From the NCBI RefSeq assembly GCF_000195855.1, contig NC_002677.1, forward strand, positions 1,980,001 through 2,012,000: 32,000 nt of DNA. Reading direction: 5' to 3'. The stretch's first letter is position 1, and each line of letters begins with the position of its first letter. Under the pieces are notes generated by a model, which searched no databases, was not told where the DNA came from, and saw nothing but the letters and a program-made list of their open reading frames with translations. This document shows positions 24,300 to 32,000 of this stretch, one piece after another. Origin of the DNA: Mycobacterium leprae TN. GTDB lineage: Bacteria > Actinomycetota > Actinomycetes > Mycobacteriales > Mycobacteriaceae. Both the position numbers and the translations under genes were made by a program.

Positions 24300-25110
24300 G
24301 TACCGATGTTCCTAGGAGGGCTACGCATACCGCTCAAAAGTGAGCAGTTCCAACCTCAACCGGTGCAGGATACACAAGATCCCCAAATCAAGCAGGTCGG
24401 GCAAGTTGCTGTTGCTGGAGATTCCCACGGTGGCCGACCATGTCGTCTTCCAGGTGACGCTAAAACTGTTGCTAGAAACCATCTTCGAGACCGACTTCAA
24501 GCCATTTTCCTGCGGGTTTCGGCCCGCCCAGCGCACACACGACGCCATCGCCGAGATCCATCTGTTGGCCACCCAGGAATACCGATGAGTGTTAGACACA
24601 GATATTTGAGACGTACTTTGACCACGTAGACCACCCGACCCCAATAGACCAGGTGCTCCAGCGGATCAAAGACAAGCGGGTGCTGCGGCTGGTCAAGTCG
24701 TTCCTCAAGGTCAGGATCCTCAGTGAACTCGGCGAACTACGAGAACACCCATATCAGCACGCCGCAAGACAGCCTCTTGGTCCCGCTGCTGGCCAACATA
24801 GCGTCGGCAGTACTCGATAAGCACCTACATATGCCGCGGAAACCGCGGCAACCAAGGTTGACCAGTACGCCGACGCCGTGGCTGGAAAGGACTGCCGAAC
24901 TGGCGCCTAGTTGGTTACGCGGACGATTTTGTAGTGCTGGTCAAAAGATCCCAAAGCCACATCGAAACACTACGCAAAGACATCACTTGGGCGCTCGAAC
25001 TAATGGGATTGCACCTATCCGAGACCAAGACCCAAACAGTACACATAAGTGAGGGGTTCGACTTTTTTGGTGCCACGTTCAGTGGCACCAAAAAACAGCA
25101 ATAACCCAAA
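24300..25110 (+). pseudogene. ltrA: Degenerate group II intron reverse transcriptase/maturase
   Basis: MFLGGLR then IPTVADHVVFQVTLKLLLETIFETDFKPFSCGFRPAQRTHDAIAEIHLLATQEYR (24340-24588), later TPQDSLLVPLLANIASAVLDKHL. A further frame encodes NWRLVGYADDFVVLVKRSQSHIETLRKDITWALELMGLHLSETKTQTVHISEGFDFFG, with the YADD catalytic motif. Frameshifts and stops separate the pieces. Confidence 0.85.
25063..25095. repeat. Perfect hairpin: 14-bp stem, 5-nt loop
   Basis: ttttttggtgccac-gttca-gtggcaccaaaaaa at the 3' end of the RT relic, 37 bp from the coaD stop. Confidence 0.9.
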
Positions 25111-25131
25111 CCTAGTTTTTTGACCGCGGCC

Positions 25132-25614
25132 TTAACTAGTGCCGGACATCTTTTCCCGGAATCGGCGGTTCACCGATTCCGGCAATAGCTCTGAAACGTC
25201 GCCGCCTAGCATAGCAACCTCTTTGACCAACGACGACGATACGAACGAATACCGCGGCGCCGTTGCGACGAAGAAAGTGTCGACGCCTGCGATGTGTTTG
25301 TTCATCTGCGCCATCTGCAGCTCGTATTCGAAATCCACGCCGGTGCGCAGGCCCTTCACGATGGCTGTCATCCCACGGGACCTGACTAAGGCGACCACCA
25401 ATCCCTCTCCGGCCTCCACACGCAAGTTAGGCAGGTGCATCGTCGACTCATTGATCATCGCTATCCGCTCGTCGAGGTCGAACATGCCCTTCTTGACGGG
25501 GTTGATCAGGATCGCGACCACCACCTCGTCGAACTGAGCCGCAGCGCGTTCAAAAACGTCGATGTGGCCCAACGTCACCGGATCGAATGACCCCGGACAT
25601 ACCACACTGCTCAT
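25132..25614 (-). CDS. coaD: Phosphopantetheine adenylyltransferase
   Basis: 160-aa [58 protein letters not shown]. Confidence 0.97.
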   Translation of the reverse strand: MSSVVCPGSFDPVTLGHIDVFERAAAQFDEVVVAILINPVKKGMFDLDERIAMINESTMHLPNLRVEAGEGLVVALVRSRGMTAIVKGLRTGVDFEYELQMAQMNKHIAGVDTFFVATAPRYSFVSSSLVKEVAMLGGDVSELLPESVNRRFREKMSGTS

Positions 25615-25636
25615 GATCGAAACGCTACACGGCGGA

Positions 25637-26191
25637 TCAGGTCAGTTCGGCAAGCTCCAAACGGGTGTCACCGTACCCACGCGACTGCCACGAACTCCAT
25701 CCGGCCGGCCAGGTCAACGGCACGCTCGCGGCGCCACGTTCTATCACCGCGACGGTTCCCGGTCGCGCCCAGCCGTAGGTGGTCAACGTGGCCAGCACCG
25801 CTTCGACCTCAGCTGTGTCGATCGCATAGGGCGGGTCGGCCAGCACAAGATCCATCGGAGACGCGGTCCCGGCGGCCAGGACAGTGGCCACCGGGCCGCA
25901 GCGCGGCCTGGCACCAACTAGACCTAAGGCCGTCACGTTGCGCTCGATGACAGCAACAGTACGCTTGTCGGATTCCACGAACAGCGTCGACGCGGCTCCG
26001 CGCGACAGAGCCTCCAGACCGAGCGCACCAGAACCGGCGTAAAGGTCTAATACCGCCAGACCGGTCAGTTCCCGCTGCGCAGCCACGATGTTAAAAAGCG
26101 ACTCGCGCACCCGATCAGTGGTCGGCCTGGCCCCCCACTGCGGAACAACAATGCGCCTTCCCCGCGCTACGCCACCAATGATCCGGGTCAG
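25637..26191 (-). CDS. rsmD: 16S rRNA (guanine966-N2)-methyltransferase RsmD
   Basis: [56 protein letters not shown]. The ORF is open upstream to 26359, but the family-expected start position is CTG (26191). Confidence 0.88.
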   Translation of the reverse strand: MTRIIGGVARGRRIVVPQWGARPTTDRVRESLFNIVAAQRELTGLAVLDLYAGSGALGLEALSRGAASTLFVESDKRTVAVIERNVTALGLVGARPRCGPVATVLAAGTASPMDLVLADPPYAIDTAEVEAVLATLTTYGWARPGTVAVIERGAASVPLTWPAGWSSWQSRGYGDTRLELAELT

Positions 26192-26229
26192 CTCAGCACC
26201 ACCAGCAAATCTCCGCCCTCCATCGCAGC

Positions 26230-29200
26230 GGTACCAGACACTTCCACCCGCACCACGACAGCATCCTCCGGGGCAGTGATCAGAGCTTCCATCTTTCATT
26301 CGCCTCGATGCTGGCGATGGTCTGGTCAATGTTGATTTTAGCACCAACAGACACTGCACACAGTGCCGACTCCGGCGAAGGGTGTCGCAATGTATCTGGG
26401 ATTACCGTGATCGGCCTTATCGGCGGCCGGAACCGAGTTGGTGATGCGGCGGTCACGCACCAGAATTGGCTTCAGCTGGTCATTGATGATACACATCACC
26501 ATTTGCATAACACGCTCGTCAGGATCAGAGATGGCCTCCAGCCCGATCATCAGCTCAAACCCACGTTCCAGTTCCACCCTGTTGCTCTTCATCCTGGCGA
26601 AGGCCGCAAAAGAACTGGTTGACCGACAATCGCGAAGTGTCACCGTAGGTTTTTCGATGCTCCTCGAATTCCTTTGCCAGAATCGGGAATAACAACCTAC
26701 TAACGTGGCTTGACGCTTAAGACTGGCCAGGGTTCGGGCACCTCATCGTCGCTGGCTAATTGCCGAATGGACTTGGCCGGAGCGCAGCCGGCCAGCACCG
26801 TCGTGAACAGCGGTTCCGACCAGCCGCCGTACGGATCACCAAGCTCGCCGTGCAGTAACCCCATCACCAAATCTGGGATGTCGAATATCGCACTGGATCC
26901 GAGTCAAATTCGTCTGCACTTACCTCAGCGCCAACCAACACCAGCGCCAGATAACCAGCCATCGTAAACGTCGGCATGACCTTAACCAATCTGTTCAACA
27001 CACGGTCGGCCCCCGCATAGGTCTTCTCGAATCGATTCACCAGACCCAGCGCAATCGCATGCTGACGCAGATTCGATAACTGGCTACTCAGAATCTCATG
27101 GTGATACGACCGTCCTGTCGGACAGGGTAGACCAGATTCGAAGAGTGCGTATACTTTTCGTAGAACTTCCCAGTACTGCTCCAATGCGCACGCGGCGAAG
27201 AGCGACAGATCGGTTTCGTACTCGCTGTGAGCTGCAGCAGCCACAATCGAGCTCAACGCAGGCTAGGCTGGTTGTTCCTGTTAGCGACAAGGCAGCACCG
27301 TCGACGGCGTCAGCGTGCCAAGCGGCCATATAGCTGACCAGCTGCCCACCCGGTGTGTCATGGATGTATACGTGCACGGACAGACCGAAACAACTGCGCA
27401 ACGCAACGACTAACCACTGTGCGCCCGGTGTCCGCAACAGTCCGGCCGTATCCTTGATGGCTAGCACGTGTGCGCCAGCACCCACGATTTGCTCGGCAAG
27501 GTTCAAACAGTAGTCCAACGTGTAGAGTCGCTCCCCCAGTTCGGACAAATCACCGGTGTAGAACATTGCGACTTTTGCTATTGCAGAACACTTTTCATGT
27601 ACCGGGTCGATCTCCTGGTGCATCGACTCAACATTGTTGAGCGCATCTAAAATTCGGAAGATGTCAACAACGATAGCTGTTGCATCCGCTACGAACACCG
27701 AGGTAACCACCTCCGGATACGGTGTGTAGCCAACCGTGTTCCGGCCCCACAGCAACATATGCAGACAGATGTTGAGCAGCACAACACGCAGCGCAGCCAG
27801 CCGCTCCCAGAGCGTCTCCTTGAGGAAACACGCAGTGCCACTTGGTACGTCGCACCTCCCCCAACACTCCATCGACCACAGCTGTGGCATTCTCCGGGCG
27901 AGATACTTTGCCACCCTAGCCAACCCGCCGACACTCACTCGGGTAGCCAGCAGCGATTAGTGGGTGACGCTAAACGTCGTATCGGTAACCCCTACTGCCG
28001 CCAATTCCCGCAACCAGCACGCAAAACGCTGGGACACCAACCCAACCAATCGCTGCTTAGATCCGTCGGTGGTGAAGCTTGCAGATCGATGTCGGGCAGC
28101 TTGTCGTGTAGGTACACCGTTGACGATCGCAAGCCATCCGGCCGGTTGACGGTGTCGGCTAGATAGTTGGGGATCTTGGTATCGCGATCGGCCGAGGCGC
28201 GCAGGGTCAACAACTGTGGCCACTCGTCGATGAACAATGTGGTGAGTCGGCCGGCCTGGAAATTCGGGTCATCCAAGACCGCGTGTAAGAAGAAAATACT
28301 CGTCGACATACCACGAATCCGGAACTCCGCAACCGCCCAGCACGCCCTGCCCACCGTCGTCGGAAAATCACGGCCCCAGTAGGTCAGCTTGACCAGCATG
28401 AAATCGCAGTCCGCGTTGACCGCGGCACCAGGGTTAGGGCTGTCGTCCAACCGGATGTCCACCCCACCGGGACTACGGTACACGCTGATCCAACCGGTAT
28501 CGGACCTAAAAACGTTAACCGGATCCTCGATGGTGATCCGGCGACAACACGACACCGTGCGGCCGAGTGTCTTGCTGGCCTAAATCCAGCTCGTCTAGCA
28601 ACGCTCTAACGGCAATCCACAGCTGGCTGAAGACCAGATCGACATCGACGATCTCCTCAGTTACGCTGCACTCCACCTGAATCCGCGGATTCATCTCGAT
28701 GAACACACACTGGCCATCCTCACCCAGTAGAGACTCGGCCAGGCTAACACTACGTGTACCCGATATGCCAGGCAAAAGCGACCACGTTGGCGAACATTTG
28801 TCACGCAATTCACGCGGGCAAGCCCGGTACGGACGCCAGCTCAATGACCTGTTGATGACGACGCTGCAAACTGCAGTCGCGCTGGTACACTAGATATTAA
28901 GCGTGGACAACGTTGCCGAGGTTGTCGGCAAGGATCTGCGCTTCGACGTAGTATGGTTGCAGTATTACCTGTTCGTGCGAGTATAGGCCGTCGAATCCTC
29001 GAACGCGGATTTGGGTTCTCGGCTGGCGGTTTCGCGCAGCACGCTCACATCGTTGACACGGCGCATACCTCGACCGCCGTCGGCAACCACTTTGACGAAC
29101 AACGGAAACCGGATGCCGATCTAGCCCGACTCGAGGGCCGACATCAGCGCATCGATCAAGACTAAATGGTGCCGACAAATGAAAACAGGCAGGCCAACTT

Positions 29201-29560
29201 CGCGGACCGCAGCGAACAATCACCCGGGACGTATTTCCTTTCAGCTTAAGCACTTCGGCGGTGGGGCCGACGTACGTGATGCCTACTGCCGCGCACACCG
29301 CAGCCAACTCTAGGTTCTCCGATAAAACTTAGCAAAAATAGACGGAGTCAATGTAACGAGCCGTGTCGACGATTTGATCGATGGACAGGTAAAGTCCGCA
29401 CCGGATGACCAACGTCGCCGATAGATAAAGTAAGACTCGTCACCTTAAGTCGATACTACAAATTGCGGTGCTCGTAAGGATACAATGCCACCGTGCCTAC
29501 ACCCGGTTCGTAATCAACACGGAAAACGCGGATCGGGATCTCCCTGAGATTAGCCGACCA
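26230..29560 (-). pseudogene. pca: Decayed pyruvate carboxylase
   Basis: Collinear fragments from N- to C-terminus: ANLREIPIRVFRVDYEPGVGTVALYPYEHRN; IGDVGHPVR; CAAVGITYVGPTAEVLKLKGN; AEILADNLGNVVH; FIEMNPRIQVECSVTEEI; CRITIEDPVNVFRSDTG; NICLHMLLWGRNTVGYTPYPEVVTS...IFRILDALNNVESM; AGAHVLAIKDTAGLLR; HDTPGGQL; RVKLERG-like VELERGFELMIGLEAISDPDERVM; [17 protein letters not shown] near 26300. Many frameshifts and stops. Confidence 0.93.
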
Positions 29561-29600
29561 ACACTTTAGGAAAACACGCGTGCCCCTAAAAGCCAGTAAC

Positions 29601-30245
29601 TCATAAAAGTGTCTGCCAATAGTTCCAGAACCGCACCATGATCAGCAGAAACACCGTAATGAACCACAGAGTGGCAATCGACCATCGCCATTGGTAAATT
29701 CCCCGGGCTATGGCGCTGGTCCGGCCAGGCAGGACCTCGAGCAGCGGACGAAACACGATGGCGGTGACCACCACCAGTAGCGACACGCTGACAGCCCAGA
29801 TCACCATGCAGTAGGCGCACAACGCCCCGATGCGGTACAGACTCTGAAAGATCAGCCAATGCACAAACCCCACACCAGCCAACGTACCAACCGCCAATCC
29901 AATCCAATACCATTGCGGCAGTGATACTTCCGCGACCGACAGCACACCGGTGACAGTCACCAACGTAAAGCCCACAATACCCAGCAACGGATTGGGGAAA
30001 CCCAATACAGACGCCTGCGGTGTGCTCATTACCGAGCCGCACGCGACGATCGGATTGACATTACACGACGGCACGTAAGCCGAGTTGAGCAAAATCCTGA
30101 TCTTCTCAACGGTTAACATCATCGAGGCGACCAAGCCAATCACACCCGCAATCAGCACCCACCATGCGGTGGGCACCGGCATCGGCAACACGCTAGCCGG
30201 AGCCGGTTTCAGGTCGCCGGGACGCTCGACAGGTTGTGCTGACAC
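29601..30245 (-). CDS. Vitamin K epoxide reductase (VKOR) family integral membrane protein
   Basis: 214-aa multi-spanning ORF with paired cysteines (PSCNVNPIVACGSVM) and CxxC redox motif (ALCAYCMVIW). Confidence 0.92.
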   Translation of the reverse strand: MSAQPVERPGDLKPAPASVLPMPVPTAWWVLIAGVIGLVASMMLTVEKIRILLNSAYVPSCNVNPIVACGSVMSTPQASVLGFPNPLLGIVGFTLVTVTGVLSVAEVSLPQWYWIGLAVGTLAGVGFVHWLIFQSLYRIGALCAYCMVIWAVSVSLLVVVTAIVFRPLLEVLPGRTSAIARGIYQWRWSIATLWFITVFLLIMVRFWNYWQTLL

Positions 30246-30253
30246 CGCGTAAG

Positions 30254-31048
30254 TTACGTTGTCGTAGCAGTGACAGCCACGTCGATGCCCGGGACGGCGC
30301 CCACGATTGCTTTAATCTTGGCCACCAGTGCTTCGGGTGTCAACGGGTCGTATTCGTCGCCGTTGATCTTGATCGTCGGGGTTGCCGAGATCTTCGCGAG
30401 CGCTGCTTCTGCGGTGACCTTGGCCAGGTACTTCCCGCTGTTAATACAGTCCGGGACCTTCCCAACCACGCCGGCTTCCCGCGCGATTTCGATCAACTTC
30501 GCATTCTCAGGGAAACTGCTCGCAAGTTCACTGGGTTGGAAGCTGCGACTGTACAACGCAGCACGGAACCGACGGTAAGCATCCATGGATTCATCGGCTA
30601 CGCACAAGGACGCCGCACCTGCCCGTGACGGATAGTTATGGTTACGTGGGTGGTCAAGAATGGACACCACGGAGTAATCGGCCGCAATCGCACCGATGTC
30701 GATGAGCTTGGACACCGTAGGCCCAAAATTCCGCTCGAAATCACCGCACCCCGGGCACAGGAAGTCCTCGTAAAAAGACATCACGACCTTGGGGTCGTGG
30801 GTGCCGGGCTGGGTGACTAACTTGCTCGAAGTCACCCGCACCGTGTCACCCGAGCCGGTCAGCGGGGCCGCGCCATCTTGCTTGGCATGCTGCGATTTCA
30901 TGACGGCGAAGACGACGACAACCGCGAAGATCGCGACAATCACAGTGCCGGCGATCACGACAGCCCGGCCAGACCGGCCGTCTACCGACTTTAGGTCGAA
31001 TCGCTGAAGACGTTTGCGGTTATCGGCCACAGGTTCGCTGATCCTCAC
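30254..31048 (-). CDS. Membrane-anchored DsbA-like thiol-disulfide oxidoreductase
   Basis: 264-aa ORF with an N-terminal transmembrane segment, active site DFLCPGCGDFE and cis-Pro region SATPTIKINGDEY. Adjacent to the VKOR gene. Confidence 0.92.
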   Translation of the reverse strand: MRISEPVADNRKRLQRFDLKSVDGRSGRAVVIAGTVIVAIFAVVVVFAVMKSQHAKQDGAAPLTGSGDTVRVTSSKLVTQPGTHDPKVVMSFYEDFLCPGCGDFERNFGPTVSKLIDIGAIAADYSVVSILDHPRNHNYPSRAGAASLCVADESMDAYRRFRAALYSRSFQPSELASSFPENAKLIEIAREAGVVGKVPDCINSGKYLAKVTAEAALAKISATPTIKINGDEYDPLTPEALVAKIKAIVGAVPGIDVAVTATTT

Positions 31049-31118
31049 GTGCTCGATTTGGCCCGATCACGATCGGGCGACGGCGTCTCTAGAGTACCGG
31101 CGACGGTGAATTGGGTAA

Positions 31119-32000
31119 CTATACCCGGCTCAGGTGAGCACGCAGTGCCGAAATCAGCACACTCGTCGCAGCTGCACAGCCGCCGAGCGGAAACAAATTG
31201 GCGAAGCCGCGCGACAGCGAACCGAAGGAACGCAGGTACACCGTAGTCTCGTCGGCCCGCAGCACCGGCGCGCAGCTCTCACCTCGGTCGCACGCAATAG
31301 GGCGAATCCCACTACCGCGATCAGCGCCGGCGCCAGCCCGGCCAGCGACTCGGCCTGCAACGGCGACAACCGCAGATCAGCGTGCTCGATACCGCAGTCC
31401 TTCAAGTATTGCGCTTGAAATGAAATCCCTATCCCGCTTGGTCAACAAAAAACCACGGGCTAACAGCGTCATTGACCGGGTAATGTGTGTGTGCGAGCGG
31501 ATGAAGTCGGTCCGCGGGTAAAGCAGCCACTGCAGCACCGGAGCAGGGCCGTCGGCAGCTCGGACCAATTGGCACACCGTAGACGGCAGGTTACCGCCGG
31601 CGCTGTCCCCGCCCACCGCGACCGACCCGGAGCTGGCGCCGAGTTGCTGATACGCCTATTCAAGGCATCCTCGATCCCGGCCAGGGCCAGATACCCGGAT
31701 ACTCAGTCGCCAGTCGGTAGTCAATCGACAAGACGTGGATGTCAACTCGCGGCACGTCAACCGGCACAGCGCGTCCGTAGGTGTCCAGATCGCCGAGTGT
31801 ACAACCACCGAGGCTAGAAACGGGGCAGCCACGCCACTGTCCGGGCGATAGTACCGTGCCGAGATCTCACCATCCGGCACAGGCAACGAAATGTCGTTTA
31901 CTTCGACGTGGAGCTGCGAGCCCGGCAAACACAAAAGGAGGCCTAGCGCATTTTAGTGCGAGATGCGGCAACGTTGTCGTTGACGACCAAGCCGTCGGTA
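31119..32000 (-). pseudogene. lipN: Decayed lipase/esterase LipN (hormone-sensitive lipase family); runs off the window
   Basis: Fragments VNDISLPVPDGEISARYYRPDSG, DALCRLTCRE, GGDSAGGNL, TPVLQWLLYPRTDF, GFLLTKRD, LSPLQAESLAGLAPALIAVVGF and C-terminal RGFANLFPLGGCAAATSVLISALRAHLSRV* in shifting - strand frames. Confidence 0.88.

Overview
This window looks like a Mycobacterium leprae chromosomal segment. It combines intact housekeeping genes, many decayed genes and a dispersed RLEP repeat. The RLEP call is unusually secure: the PS1/PS2 diagnostic primer sequences, as I remember them, both occur exactly and in the right orientation at 19437-19456 and 19546-19565, predicting the known 129-bp product. 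+ strand: aceE (pyruvate dehydrogenase E1), a PucR/CdaR-type regulator (MabR orthologue), then the FAS-II cluster fabD-acpM-kasA-kasB-accD6. - strand: a DUF3052 gene, tRNA-Val(UAC), fpg/mutM, rnc, a DUF177/YceD gene, a DivIVA/SepIVA-like coiled-coil gene, coaD, rsmD, a VKOR-family membrane protein and a DsbA-like protein. Pseudogenes that can be recognised from frame-shifted or stop-interrupted translations: an EHN-type epoxide hydrolase, an AbiEi/AbiEii-like type IV toxin-antitoxin pair plus a second AbiEii-like relic, ahpE, a group II intron reverse transcriptase/maturase, pyruvate carboxylase and lipN. I found no convincing intact, previously undescribed system. The most interesting residual signals are the duplicated AbiEii relics next to an AT-rich island, a perfect 50-bp palindrome just after accD6, a TTTTGTA-N7-TACAAAA inverted repeat before fabD, a C16G8 tract near tRNA-Val, RLEP at a synteny breakpoint, and a missing canonical start codon in rsmD. 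All homology calls come from recalled protein families, not database searches.
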